The position numbers and the translations under genes were made by a program. A model generated the notes under the pieces. The model saw nothing but the letters and a program-made list of their open reading frames with translations. It searched no databases and was not told the origin of the DNA. DNA of 64,000 bases, from the IMG/VR virus record IMGVR_UViG_3300047457_000500, positions 32,001-96,000 of that record. One strand, written 5' to 3'. This DNA comes from a virus. This document shows positions 30,871 to 40,599 of the stretch, piece after piece; the first letter of the stretch is position 1; the number at the start of each line of letters is the position of its first letter.

Positions 30871-31590
30871 TTATCCCCAAGGGGCAAAGTTAAATGTTGC
30901 CTCTGGGGTAAAACTAAATACGCTAAACGATGATTCTGGGGTAAAACTAAATACGCTAAACGATGATTCTGGTGTAAATGAGAATACAGAAAACGCTGGC
31001 ATGAAGTTAAACGATGGTTCTGGCGTAAATGAAAATACTCCAAACGGAGAGAATCCGAATACGCCAAACGGTGGCATAAAGTTAAACGATGGCTCTGGCG
31101 TAAATGAAAATACCCCAAATGGAGAAAAGCCAAACACGCCGAACGGTGGCATGAAGTTAAACGATGGTTCTGGAACAAATGAAAACACGCCAAATGGAGA
31201 AAAGCCGAATACACCAAATGGTGGCATGAAGTTAAACGATGGTTCTGGAACAAACGAAAATACTCCGAATGGGGAAAAACCAAAAACGCCAAATGGGGAA
31301 AAACCAAAAACGCCAAATGGAGAAAAACCAAAAACACCAAATGGTGTAAATGCAAATGAATGAATCTTATAATTAACAGTGCTTTCATAATCTAGCAATG
31401 TATTTGCAGGAACATCTTGTGATTTTACTAAACCAGTAAGTGCTTCGTTGTCTTGAACTTCTTCTGTTTCGGTACCATATTTAAACCCTGCATTTTGAAG
31501 AGATGTTCTTGCTTGAAGTTTTGTTAAGCCAATTAAATTAGGAACCGCATTCATTCCTTTTGCAAAAAATGCCCATAATGAATTTAACAT
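30871..31590 (-). CDS. PASTA-domain protein with C-terminal Phe-rich repeats
   Basis: VPNLIGLTKLQARTSLQNAGF...V.SQ...A.T...V (PASTA), then FGVFGFSP and FGVFSF(V/T)PEPSFNFMPP repeats ending FNFAPWG. Confidence 0.75.
   Translation of the reverse strand: MLNSLWAFFAKGMNAVPNLIGLTKLQARTSLQNAGFKYGTETEEVQDNEALTGLVKSQDVPANTLLDYESTVNYKIHSFAFTPFGVFGFSPFGVFGFSPFGVFGFSPFGVFSFVPEPSFNFMPPFGVFGFSPFGVFSFVPEPSFNFMPPFGVFGFSPFGVFSFTPEPSFNFMPPFGVFGFSPFGVFSFTPEPSFNFMPAFSVFSFTPESSFSVFSFTPESSFSVFSFTPEATFNFAPWG
30874..31360 (-). repeat. Coding Phe/Pro-rich tandem repeats (8-aa and 25-aa units)
   Basis: Visible in DNA and protein; synonymously diverged units. Confidence 0.9.
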
Positions 31591-31597
31591 TTTATGC

Positions 31598-32230
31598 CTA
31601 CACCGTCAAATCGCCGATTAACACCCAGGTGTCTGTTGCATATTTTATTAAAGTAGCGCCAGCATACCTTGCAGCAATCTTCTTATTAGAATTTTTGCTG
31701 TTAATTATAACATCCACTGTAGCACCAGAGAAAGTTACATTCCCAGATCCTACCCTAATAACATCTATTCTTTGTCCTATTTCAAAAGGAACTGATGAGT
31801 TTAACGGTACAGTTACTGTTGTATCAGAACCAGAATTAATAGTTACTGTTTTACCAGCATCTCCCAAAACAAGGGTGTAGTTAGATGTTTTTTCATTAAA
31901 TATAACACTATCAAGTAATCCTACCCACTTAGTTCCATTATAATATTGAAGTTGACTTATATCTGTACCGCCATTAGTCTGCTCTACAAAACATACAGTT
32001 CCTTCTGTTGGAGAAGTTATTGCTGCATCTCTAGCAGTAGGGTTTTGAAATATATTTACTCCACCTTTTGCCTTTATAACATCATTTGCTGTTACTGTAG
32101 ATCCAAAAATATGAGCCTGTGTCCATGTGTATGGAACATTAGTATTTGCTACACCAGCAATCGCATACCATTTATTATCTCCAGCGTCATACATGTATGC
32201 TACTTTGCTTTGAGGTGCAATTTGAGCCAT
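31598..32230 (-). CDS. Fibre-associated structural protein
   Basis: F....ARDAAI..P.EG; YTLVLGDAGK...WVLIGDL C-terminal domain shared with 24197..26071. Confidence 0.55.
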   Translation of the reverse strand: MAQIAPQSKVAYMYDAGDNKWYAIAGVANTNVPYTWTQAHIFGSTVTANDVIKAKGGVNIFQNPTARDAAITSPTEGTVCFVEQTNGGTDISQLQYYNGTKWVGLLDSVIFNEKTSNYTLVLGDAGKTVTINSGSDTTVTVPLNSSVPFEIGQRIDVIRVGSGNVTFSGATVDVIINSKNSNKKIAARYAGATLIKYATDTWVLIGDLTV

Positions 32231-32231
32231 A

Positions 32232-33269
32232 TTAGATCTCCTCCACTATGAAAGTATCAGAAGTTTCACCGATTCTTTGTGTTATTACATTTGCAACATA
32301 ACCATTTGGAGTAATATTAATTAATCTATATGTTATAACATCTCCAGTTGTTGCTCCATGTGTGTCTAGCCATTCAAAATGAGAACTTGTAAATTCTTTT
32401 GATACCAAGCCTACATTTATTGTTGAGTACGCACCAGCATTAATTTTTCTTTGCAAACCTAAAAATACCTCTTTGTTCGTATCTGTTGTTGGTCTACATA
32501 CCCCTGTAAATGTTATCTTTGTTTTTGTAGAAGATGCACTTTTTGTTATTGATAACTCTAAGTCATCACCAGATATTGTTTTTAAAACTTCGTCTTCGGC
32601 AACTCCATTAATATGTATTCCAATTAAACTTGTTTCTGCATAATCTCCAAAATAAATTGAGGATATATTTTTATTATTTTCATAATCTAGGTCTGTCCAA
32701 GAAACTCCAAGGGGTGCACTGGAGTCTGCCGTTAAAACTTTTCCATTGCTTCCAACTGTAAGTATTTCTGTAACTCCGCTTGAAGCACCTACAATTAAAT
32801 CACCTTTTGCTTCTGTGTATGTTCCGACTTTTACAAAACTAGAAGTGTCATAAACATATATATCTTTATTTTCAGAATCTTTATCTATCCAAACAATTCC
32901 ATTTGCTAAGTTTGTTGTTGGCGCTTCATTCTGATAAAGTGCAATTCCATATGTTGATTGTACAGTTGATCCACTTGAATCTGATGCCATGGCAATGTAT
33001 CCATCTGTTGGCTGTGCTATTGCCTGTATTTGTGCAAGTGTTAAATAGTCAGACCCAATGCCCAACTCTTCCTGATCATCAACCCTGTTTTTTAGTTGTT
33101 GCAGATAGTATGCTATTGAAGGGTTTAAAAGTTGTTGAGGGTCTTCATTGGTAACATCATAGTTATAATTTCCATACAGGAATAACTTAAGCGCTGCTTG
33201 TATATCAGCCTTATCTTCATATCCTGGTTGCTTTGTATTCCACAAGCCACCAATGTCTTCTGCTGCCAC
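32232..33269 (-). CDS. Fibre-like structural protein
   Basis: KGDLIVG...L.VGSNG.VLTADS....GVSW motif. Confidence 0.5.
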   Translation of the reverse strand: MAAEDIGGLWNTKQPGYEDKADIQAALKLFLYGNYNYDVTNEDPQQLLNPSIAYYLQQLKNRVDDQEELGIGSDYLTLAQIQAIAQPTDGYIAMASDSSGSTVQSTYGIALYQNEAPTTNLANGIVWIDKDSENKDIYVYDTSSFVKVGTYTEAKGDLIVGASSGVTEILTVGSNGKVLTADSSAPLGVSWTDLDYENNKNISSIYFGDYAETSLIGIHINGVAEDEVLKTISGDDLELSITKSASSTKTKITFTGVCRPTTDTNKEVFLGLQRKINAGAYSTINVGLVSKEFTSSHFEWLDTHGATTGDVITYRLINITPNGYVANVITQRIGETSDTFIVEEI

Positions 33270-33286
33270 TTAGATCACCCCCTTGA

Positions 33287-33850
33287 TTATACCACCGAAA
33301 TATGCAGGTGGGCTGTTCTTGATTCAGATATATCTACCCAAGAACTTCCATCAAACTCCTTTGCATAAAATGTAATCTTTAAAACATCTACAGACCCATC
33401 ATTAATAATTTCTGTTTTTATTGAATTTGCAATAGGTCTTCCAGCAGATGTGGCTAATGTTGCCTGAACACTAAAGTTATCTACCCCAACATTACCAACA
33501 TAGGAAGGGTCTTTGATAAAACTTATTGGAATGGTGCAATAATTTTGAGTTGGAAAACTAATTTCTTTTAACGTATCATAAGTATTTGGTATTAGTTTAT
33601 TTAAAGGCTCCCACTGTGGAGTAGAACTTCCAAGACCATACGTGTACTGATACAGCATAAGATATTCTTCTGTATCGCTCTTTTGTAAATTTATGTATAA
33701 ATCAAAAACATTTGGGTCTTGCCCTATATCTGTTACATCTGGTCTTCCATTACCTACAAAAATTAAACTTCCACGATCACCTTTATCGCCAAAATCAACT
33801 TCTACTTTTACAGTGTCTGGTCCGCCTAAAACTAATACATCGTCTGACAT
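33287..33850 (-). CDS. Structural accessory protein
   Basis: G.KG.RGS....G.G.P motif; lies in structural block. Confidence 0.45.
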   Translation of the reverse strand: MSDDVLVLGGPDTVKVEVDFGDKGDRGSLIFVGNGRPDVTDIGQDPNVFDLYINLQKSDTEEYLMLYQYTYGLGSSTPQWEPLNKLIPNTYDTLKEISFPTQNYCTIPISFIKDPSYVGNVGVDNFSVQATLATSAGRPIANSIKTEIINDGSVDVLKITFYAKEFDGSSWVDISESRTAHLHISVV

Positions 33851-34248
33851 TATTTATCTGCTACCTGTTCTGTAATACTTATAGTTCCAGTTAATAAAGT
33901 TAATACTTGTGGATAATCTACTCCTGGCTTTCTAACCTGTACATCGTATACATAATCCTTAGAAGCGTCCATTAGTAAACCATCTTCTGGTCTAATAGTA
34001 CAAAGAACATAGTCTCCCTCGTCAGAAATTTTTGCTAAACACTTATGCCATCCTGGGGCTGTGCTTCCACCTCTTGTTTGTGCAAATGCAAAAATAACTC
34101 CTTCTACTTCGCCAGTAGTCAAAGGATCATCTGGGATGTTATATGCTGTTAATGGAAACGGCAATCCGTCTGGTTTCTTAGGGTATACACGAAATTCATA
34201 GGTGTCACCCTTATAATAATTTATGTTGTATGTTCCTGGAAATGCCAT
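33850..34248 (-). CDS. BppU-N-like adaptor protein
   Basis: YYKGDT...YVYDVQV...LLTGTISI. Confidence 0.55.
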   Translation of the reverse strand: MAFPGTYNINYYKGDTYEFRVYPKKPDGLPFPLTAYNIPDDPLTTGEVEGVIFAFAQTRGGSTAPGWHKCLAKISDEGDYVLCTIRPEDGLLMDASKDYVYDVQVRKPGVDYPQVLTLLTGTISITEQVADK

Positions 34249-34264
34249 AGTTCCTCCTCGTAAA

Positions 34265-34984
34265 TTATATCACAGATACGTATATGGAATTCATAATTGC
34301 AGAAGCGTTATAGTCTGTTCTAATTTGCGGAATAGCACCAGAGTTCCACATAACGTTGTCCTCTATATAAAAGTTCTGAGTTACATACATATTATATACA
34401 TATTGATATTTTAATGATGCTACAAACTGGGATATTTCCGTATTTGATTTAGGGAAAAATGTTCTTATCCAAACCTCTGTGTTGTTAGATTCTGTTGTAA
34501 GTTCAAAATTATATGTTACAAATACCTGAGACCCTATCTTTAATCCATGAAAATTAAGCATTCTTTGATGCTCATTCCAAAGGCTTGTGCATCCCTCTGG
34601 CAGATATTTTTCATTTGTATTACTTCCTTTTGAATCTACCCATACATTTACCCACCCATCTTCTCCGTAATTAACTCCTAAGTCGATAGGCTTTCTATTT
34701 TGATTAAAGTATGCTGCCCAGCCAGCCTGCTGACCAGAGGAGGATAACGAACTTAGACCATCCTTACCAGGTAGTCCTCTTTCGCCTTTAGGACCCTGAA
34801 TGCCGTCTTTTCCAGCAGGACCCGTATCTCCTTTAGGACCCATAGGCCCCTGTGGCCCCATAGGCCCAGGAACAGGTACATAATTAATTAATATATCAGT
34901 ATTTGTTGTTTGAGTTTCTACAACTTGTGCAGCATAACTAGATTTTTTGCTGCCAGGGAAATCCATAGACTTAGAAACAGGCAT
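34265..34984 (-). CDS. Collagen-like (Gly-X-Y) protein
   Basis: GPMGPQGPMGPKGDTGPAGKDGIQGPKGERGLPGKDG. Confidence 0.75.
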   Translation of the reverse strand: MPVSKSMDFPGSKKSSYAAQVVETQTTNTDILINYVPVPGPMGPQGPMGPKGDTGPAGKDGIQGPKGERGLPGKDGLSSLSSSGQQAGWAAYFNQNRKPIDLGVNYGEDGWVNVWVDSKGSNTNEKYLPEGCTSLWNEHQRMLNFHGLKIGSQVFVTYNFELTTESNNTEVWIRTFFPKSNTEISQFVASLKYQYVYNMYVTQNFYIEDNVMWNSGAIPQIRTDYNASAIMNSIYVSVI

Positions 34985-35001
34985 GGAGTTATTATCCCAT
35001 A

Positions 35002-35712
35002 TTATTCACAAATATAAGAAAACGACATATGGAATTTATCGTCTGTATCTATACCAACGGGTGTATTATGATTAAATGTTTGATCTGCAGCACTGCTTCC
35101 TATTGCCCACACTGTAAACGTTGAAGAGTTATCAGACAAATGTCCTTTAAGACTATAGTGATCTGTTCCTTGGTTTGTAATTTTATGAACTGATCCACCA
35201 TAAACATCTGTATGGTATTTAGAAGGGAAAGGAAGAGTAAGTGAATATTGTCCTGTTCCAAAATTAGTTACAGTAGTAAATAAAACATCAATTTGCACAG
35301 TAACTAGATTTCCAATCTTAATGTATGATCCAGTTGCTGGTGTGTTATTAAAAGTTAATCCTGTACCGCTCCAAACTGGATTGTAAGAATTAATTGTTGT
35401 TGTTCCAGTGTCTAAGTTTGCATCTTGACCGTCTGCACCGTCTTGACCTGGTTCTGCAATTGTTGTCCAATAAGAAGTTCCTGGTGGATATCCTGGATTT
35501 GGTTCTCCGACTCTGTAATAAGTTCCTCCAGCATATGTAACTACATCGCCAATATTGTAATCTGCTCCGTTATTATATTCACCAACAAAATTCCATAATG
35601 CGTCTGCACCATTAGCGCCTGCAGGACCTGGTTCTCCTTGTGGTCCTGGATCTCCTTGTGGACCAGTTCCTCCAGAACCTCCACCAATACCAGGGTGTGT
35701 AAACCGTGCCAT
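35002..35712 (-). CDS. Collagen-like protein with small carbohydrate-binding-like module and fibre-head-like C-terminus
   Basis: GPQGDPGPQGEPGPAG; Y..GDVV.Y.G..Y; GSYIKIGNLVTVQI. Confidence 0.65.
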   Translation of the reverse strand: MARFTHPGIGGGSGGTGPQGDPGPQGEPGPAGANGADALWNFVGEYNNGADYNIGDVVTYAGGTYYRVGEPNPGYPPGTSYWTTIAEPGQDGADGQDANLDTGTTTINSYNPVWSGTGLTFNNTPATGSYIKIGNLVTVQIDVLFTTVTNFGTGQYSLTLPFPSKYHTDVYGGSVHKITNQGTDHYSLKGHLSDNSSTFTVWAIGSSAADQTFNHNTPVGIDTDDKFHMSFSYICE

Positions 35713-35993
35713 TAGTTCTGACTCTCTAATCCAGTCTGCATTACTGCCAAGTTCATTGTTGTTGATCCAATTGCATATAATGCATCAGCGCTTGGAAGTT
35801 CAAAAGATATTGAGTGGTTTGGCATAATTCTAAAACCATAATTAGTTGAAGAAACTGTATCATCTCCTCCAAGGTAAATGTACCCAGTGTCATTTACATT
35901 TTGAAGTGTTATGTCCATACCGCCATGTTTTCCATTTGGCGTAAGTCTTACTGGTGTTGCGCTTGTTAGTTCTACGATGGAGTGTTGTGCCAT
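35712..35993 (-). CDS. Small beta-rich structural protein
   Basis: QN......YLGG..V....G......S; translationally coupled to the next gene. Confidence 0.5.
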   Translation of the reverse strand: MAQHSIVELTSATPVRLTPNGKHGGMDITLQNVNDTGYIYLGGDDTVSSTNYGFRIMPNHSISFELPSADALYAIGSTTMNLAVMQTGLESQN

Positions 35994-35994
35994 T

Positions 35995-36084
35995 TTATAC
36001 CTTCCTTATCTTAAAAGTTTTTGAATTAATCTTAATAACTGGTGGTAGTTCTGTTCTTGGAGATGTGATTTTAATAACTGCCAT
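35995..36084 (-). CDS. Unannotated 29-aa small protein
   Basis: MAVIKITSPRTELPPVIKINSKTFKIRKV; TAATG-coupled to the upstream gene and fills the gap exactly. Confidence 0.55.
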   Translation of the reverse strand: MAVIKITSPRTELPPVIKINSKTFKIRKV

Positions 36085-36470
36085 TATAAACTCCCTGGAG
36101 TAATATCTCCCAAAACATAAATTGTTCCAATAACTGGAGTCCACACAGTGTCATTATCAATTATTACCTCAACATCAAATGGAAGTTCTGCAACTGTTGA
36201 CTTATATCCGCTTCCCCAATTTTCTGTTGTTTCTGGATCTGCTTTTATGTCTACATAACCATCAGCGGCTTCACACTTTAAAGAATCTAATACATCTCCA
36301 AACTGATCGTAGGCCGTGCATCTATAGGTCCATCCGTCTGTGTTGTAATAGGTAACTTCGTCATCTTGATAAAACTCTACACGTAATGTTGCTGTGTCTC
36401 CACGTACAACTCTCCACTGTATGTTTGCTGGATCAGCACCAAAAATTTCGGGAGCACATGGATTTGTCAT
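36084..36470 (-). CDS. BppU-N-like adaptor protein
   Basis: WRVVRGDT...FDVEV...WTP..GTI. Confidence 0.5.
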   Translation of the reverse strand: MTNPCAPEIFGADPANIQWRVVRGDTATLRVEFYQDDEVTYYNTDGWTYRCTAYDQFGDVLDSLKCEAADGYVDIKADPETTENWGSGYKSTVAELPFDVEVIIDNDTVWTPVIGTIYVLGDITPGSL

Positions 36471-36499
36471 AATAGAAAGATTATACCATCAAATATGGA

Positions 36500-36544
36500 C
36501 TTGCCCCAAGATCGGTGGGTATGAGAGACGGATCAAGGGGCAAG
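36500..36544 (-). ncRNA. Candidate small hairpin RNA
   Basis: CTTGCCCC/GGGGCAAG plus GATC/GATC stems with a 17-nt loop; TGATATACT -10 just upstream on the minus strand. Confidence 0.4.
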
Positions 36545-36760
36545 CATTAAAAGTATATCATAAAGGACAAAACGGACATTAGTTGTTTACGTCACAAATA
36601 GTTTATGGTATAGTACTTATAGGGTTTGTGGGGACTTTGCACTAGAGATATTATCTTCACTTCCACCATTAGATGTAACTAAAAAATCTATGGGGGGAGG
36701 GGGGGACTTTCCCTAAAGATACTTACTATTATATAAAGAAAACAATGTTATAATCAATAT

Positions 36761-37387
36761 ATGATTAAAGTTTATAAAAATCTAATGTCCGAAGAAGACA
36801 GATTATCTGTTTTAGATGTTATGCAATATTTTGAAGAACCTCTATGGGGTCCTAGCATTTGTACAGATGAACCAGTAAGACAATTGAGGGACTGGCTGCC
36901 TATTTCAGTTCATAAAAAAATGTATTCTGTTCATAAAAAAGTTATACCATTAATAGAAAAAGATTTTAGATTAAGTGAAAGAAATGTAAAAATAACAAAC
37001 CCAGAATATTCAGACCTTATGAATACTTCATTTTTAACTATGGATCGAAGAGATCCAGGAATGAGCCTAGGTCCTCATCCAGACATTCCTACAGGAACAT
37101 ATCAGCCTCATCCAGGAATATCTTTGGGTGGAGGAAGCCCTATCACAATATCAGGTATTTTCTACTGGAATGATGATATTGAAGGCGGAGAACTTAAGTT
37201 TCACGATGACGACGTTGCTATAGAAAGACCAGAGGAATGTGATATTAAATCTCCGTATATCTATAAGCCAGTTGCTGGAGATTTTGTTGCTTTTGAGTCT
37301 AAATATATACATGAAATTCTAGAGGTAAAATCTGGACACAGATATTCGACTCAGTGGTTTTTTGCTAATGAAAATTGGAAAGGCTAG
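36761..37387 (+). CDS. 2OG-Fe(II) oxygenase (P4H-like)
   Basis: HPD...FYWNDDIEGGELKF...GDFVAF...HEI..VKSG.RY. Confidence 0.85.
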   Translation: MIKVYKNLMSEEDRLSVLDVMQYFEEPLWGPSICTDEPVRQLRDWLPISVHKKMYSVHKKVIPLIEKDFRLSERNVKITNPEYSDLMNTSFLTMDRRDPGMSLGPHPDIPTGTYQPHPGISLGGGSPITISGIFYWNDDIEGGELKFHDDDVAIERPEECDIKSPYIYKPVAGDFVAFESKYIHEILEVKSGHRYSTQWFFANENWKG

Positions 37388-37608
37388 TCCTTGTTTTTAA
37401 TAACAAGGTCATATATAACATTTACTTTTTCCTCAAGCCTATTGACCTGATCTTTTAAACTTGATCCACCATTTGGCTTAAATTGTGATTTAATTTCTTC
37501 AAAGTAATGTTTTGTTAACCACTTGATTCCATAGCCAACACCTGATAGAATAGTACATATGCCTATTATGATTTCAATTACTAACGCTGTACCCTGTGTA
37601 GCAAACAT
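37384..37608 (-). CDS. Single-TM membrane protein (holin-like)
   Basis: Hydrophobic N-terminal helix, then KPNGGSSLKDQVNRLE. Confidence 0.55.
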   Translation of the reverse strand: MFATQGTALVIEIIIGICTILSGVGYGIKWLTKHYFEEIKSQFKPNGGSSLKDQVNRLEEKVNVIYDLVIKNKD

Positions 37609-37641
37609 AACAGGATTAATTATAAGTGGAGTTTTTAAAAA

Positions 37642-38541
37642 ATGAGAACTACTGGAGACAAAATTAGGGGAATTTCTAATTTCTTTAAAGATGAAATTAT
37701 AAACGCATCGGACATAGTAAATGCTGACCCAAACGTGGTAAAAAGTCCATTAATATCTAACTCTTCTTTAAGACAAGTATGTTATGACTGTACATGTCAC
37801 GGTGGCCCAGATAACAAAAACATGGAACTTTATGATTTGGACGACATTGTATATAATATAAATAGTTTAGGATACAGGTCAGAAGAGTTCTCCAAGGAAG
37901 ATGCACCAAATAACTTTTTGTATATTGGATGTTCTGTAACTTTTGGAGTTGGCCTGCCAGACGATGTAATTTGGCCATACTTTTTAAATAAAAAGTTAAA
38001 TGGAGAAAAAATATTTAACTTAGGAATTAACGGTATATCTACTAATGTAATTACTTATAATATACATAAATATATAAAACAATTTGGTAAGCCCAAAGCA
38101 ATTTTTGCCTTGTATCCAAACATTCATAGAACAGAGTCTTTTTTAGATGACAAGTTAAGTATAATACATTTTAAGGAACATGCAGAGTTAGAGTTTGGAC
38201 CTAACTTAAAGAATAAAGTGGATATAGCAGCGTTTGCCTTTAGTCAAATAAACACAATAAAGATTTTGGCAGATTATTTAGAATCTATAGATATCCCATT
38301 TTTTTGGAGCAGTTGGTGGGGTGCGTTTGATAACTATGTACAATATCAAGACAAAGATCTTTTTAAAAATTTTGTAAAGTTTGATCGTTCGATAGACTTA
38401 GATTTAGTCGAACAATATAAAAATCATCACTACTTTAATGTTGCAAGAGACAATCAGCACTTTGGTATATTAGGACATATATCTATAACAGAATCATTTT
38501 TCGATGCTTGGAAGGAATACAATGAAAAAAGAAATTCTTAA
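37642..38541 (+). CDS. SGNH/GDSL-like hydrolase or acyltransferase
   Basis: YNINSLGYRS, GCSVTFG, NLG..G.S, D..H.G. Confidence 0.6.
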   Translation: MRTTGDKIRGISNFFKDEIINASDIVNADPNVVKSPLISNSSLRQVCYDCTCHGGPDNKNMELYDLDDIVYNINSLGYRSEEFSKEDAPNNFLYIGCSVTFGVGLPDDVIWPYFLNKKLNGEKIFNLGINGISTNVITYNIHKYIKQFGKPKAIFALYPNIHRTESFLDDKLSIIHFKEHAELEFGPNLKNKVDIAAFAFSQINTIKILADYLESIDIPFFWSSWWGAFDNYVQYQDKDLFKNFVKFDRSIDLDLVEQYKNHHYFNVARDNQHFGILGHISITESFFDAWKEYNEKRNS

Positions 38542-39295
38542 GACCTTAGAGGGCTTCGACAAAATAATAATATCTCCCGATATGGATGGTTTTATTTCGG
38601 CGCATTTCGTAAATAGGTTTAACGGCGCAAAGGTAGTTGGGACATATGATTCAAACAAGTTATGTCTTTCCGACGGGGTGAAAGTAGAAGAGTGCCTGTT
38701 CCTCGATTGTGACATAAACAGGCCAGATATAGTCTCGCTTGGAAATCATATGCGACTTATAAATGACAATATGTCTAAAAGATCGTTCAATCCAAATATT
38801 CATTTCGGCGTTACGAACTATAAAGACAAGTATCCATTTGCAACCGCATATCTTTTGGCGTTTGCGCTAGAGATTGAAACATCCCCACAAGACATAATAC
38901 GCATGGCATACGCTGACTCAACACTAAGGAATATGATTTCATACAGCGATAACATGCGAAATTGGTCAGATAAGATGCCTCATCCTTCTGTTAGATATGT
39001 GATCAACAACACAGAATATTCTAAAGCCCTGGATGACAATATAAGAGTCGAATACGGAAATGATCAATCATTTACCTCTTGGCGTTTTGGAAAAGAGCGG
39101 TATATGAAAACAATCAATGAAGCCCTAGTAAAAGAAAATGTTTCACATGAAACATTGACTACTGGTATAAAATATATTAAGGACAAGGTTGGGTATAATA
39201 CTGTTAAGAGATATATGAATGATATTTTCTCATATGCAGAAACATATCAGGGAGAATACTCAGTAACATATATGGAGGAAACCGAATGGAAATAG
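38522..39295 (+). CDS. DHH-family phosphoesterase-like protein
   Basis: IIISPDMDGFISA and FLDCD motifs; DHH triad itself not evident. Confidence 0.45.
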   Translation: MKKEILKTLEGFDKIIISPDMDGFISAHFVNRFNGAKVVGTYDSNKLCLSDGVKVEECLFLDCDINRPDIVSLGNHMRLINDNMSKRSFNPNIHFGVTNYKDKYPFATAYLLAFALEIETSPQDIIRMAYADSTLRNMISYSDNMRNWSDKMPHPSVRYVINNTEYSKALDDNIRVEYGNDQSFTSWRFGKERYMKTINEALVKENVSHETLTTGIKYIKDKVGYNTVKRYMNDIFSYAETYQGEYSVTYMEETEWK

Positions 39296-39510
39296 TACCA
39301 GGGTTTGGAGATAAAAAAGATGTTAAGGTTTGGGATTTAATTAATCCTAATAAACCAAGAAGTGAGCAGGAAGAAGCCCAACGAAGGCTAGATATCTGTA
39401 TGTCTTGTGAGCACCTAAACAAGCGTATGGTAAAATGTAATAAGTGTGGTTGTTTTATGAAATTAAAAACAACACTGCAAGGAGCAAAATGTCCAATAGG
39501 AAAGTGGTGA
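39286..39510 (+). CDS. Cys-rich small metal-binding protein (DUF6171-like)
   Basis: R..IC..C......C..CGCFM..KT.L....CP..KW. Confidence 0.6.
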   Translation: MEIVPGFGDKKDVKVWDLINPNKPRSEQEEAQRRLDICMSCEHLNKRMVKCNKCGCFMKLKTTLQGAKCPIGKW

Positions 39511-39513
39511 AAT

Positions 39514-39702
39514 ATGTATAGAGAAGAAGGCGTTGCGTTGATGACAAAGACGGTAAACGAGTACAATAGAAGAATGGCTGCAAACGCAGGTGTTCCAATG
39601 GACCAAGTAGAGTCCGTATTGGCACAACAGCAAGAACAGTTGAACGCTGTTAATGGGATGCTGTTTGACACTTTGAAGGAAAACGGATATATTCGTGACT
39701 AA
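39514..39702 (+). CDS. Hypothetical protein
   Basis: ORF in operon. Confidence 0.55.
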   Translation: MYREEGVALMTKTVNEYNRRMAANAGVPMDQVESVLAQQQEQLNAVNGMLFDTLKENGYIRD

Positions 39703-40294
39703 TAGTTCTTTATTCTCTGAGTTTGAGCCTATTGTTATTAACAATGTTTTCAGCGAAGAAGAGATTAAAGAAATTTATGATTCCCGCTCCAAAAGTGAGA
39801 ATCTTTTGGTTGATGCTAGTTGTGGCTACATAACTAATACAAAACCATTTAGCGAAAATATTAGGAAAAAGATTGTGCAGATTGTTCAAGACAATGTGCC
39901 GATAAAAGTTAAAGAGTGGGGCAATCATATGCCTAGGTATACTTTGGAATCCAATAGCAAGCCTAGGCTTCATCCCCATTATGATGTAGGGTTAGATCAA
40001 GCATCGTTTACTTTAAGTATTCAACTTGATCATACCTTACCTTGGACAGTTTATGTTGGACATCAAGGATATGATATTCCAAGAAATACCGCTGTCCTGT
40101 TCTCTGGATCACACCAAATACATTGGAGACCAGATATAGAGTTTGGGCCAAATGATTATTACGACATTATAGTTGCCCAAGTTGTAGAAGATACAGAAAA
40201 CCCACTTGTGCTAGACGATACTCATAGAGAGCATATGTCAAACCAAGTGGGTTCTTTTGTTGCTAAGTATTTTACTTCACAATCGGGAAATTAG
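39695..40294 (+). CDS. 2OG-Fe(II) oxygenase-like (H.D...HWR family)
   Basis: RY....P.L.PHYD...QLD...W...N.AVLFSG..Q.HWR. Confidence 0.65.
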   Translation: MTNSSLFSEFEPIVINNVFSEEEIKEIYDSRSKSENLLVDASCGYITNTKPFSENIRKKIVQIVQDNVPIKVKEWGNHMPRYTLESNSKPRLHPHYDVGLDQASFTLSIQLDHTLPWTVYVGHQGYDIPRNTAVLFSGSHQIHWRPDIEFGPNDYYDIIVAQVVEDTENPLVLDDTHREHMSNQVGSFVAKYFTSQSGN

Positions 40295-40544
40295 CCCTCT
40301 TAAGTGCATCCTTTAATGGTGGATCTAGTTCATCATACTTCTTGTCAATTACCCGCCCATCATTAGAATTAATGTGAACAATTTCAGTCTTTCTTAGTTG
40401 TGTGTTATCAGATGGATCTGCAAATGTTTTTAGAACAATAAGATAATCGCAAAAATCCTTAAAAATAAAGTCCTTTGCTTGAGCATTTCCGTCTTGAGTT
40501 GTATACCAATCAGTCTCTACAAAACTCATTTTTTCTAGTGCCAT
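40272..40544 (-). CDS. Hypothetical protein
   Basis: ORF with SD AGGAGG and TGGTATACT promoter. Confidence 0.6.
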   Translation of the reverse strand: MALEKMSFVETDWYTTQDGNAQAKDFIFKDFCDYLIVLKTFADPSDNTQLRKTEIVHINSNDGRVIDKKYDELDPPLKDALKRANFPIVK

Positions 40545-40599
40545 GGTGGCCTCCTATCTTCTTTAAAAGTATACCATAATCATATGTTATAATCTTTAT

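Noticed and set aside
30858-31388. Alternative-frame and antisense repeat ORFs (His/Leu-rich 30858..31388; NTPNG-rich 30866..31363; also 22923..23318 and 22980..23225)
   Set aside because: By-products of the Phe-rich repeat; third-position variation fits the FGVFGFSP frame
22951-31590. Two similar repeat regions as DGR template and variable repeats
   Set aside because: Differences are synonymous and not adenine-specific, both copies are coding, and no reverse transcriptase is present in the window
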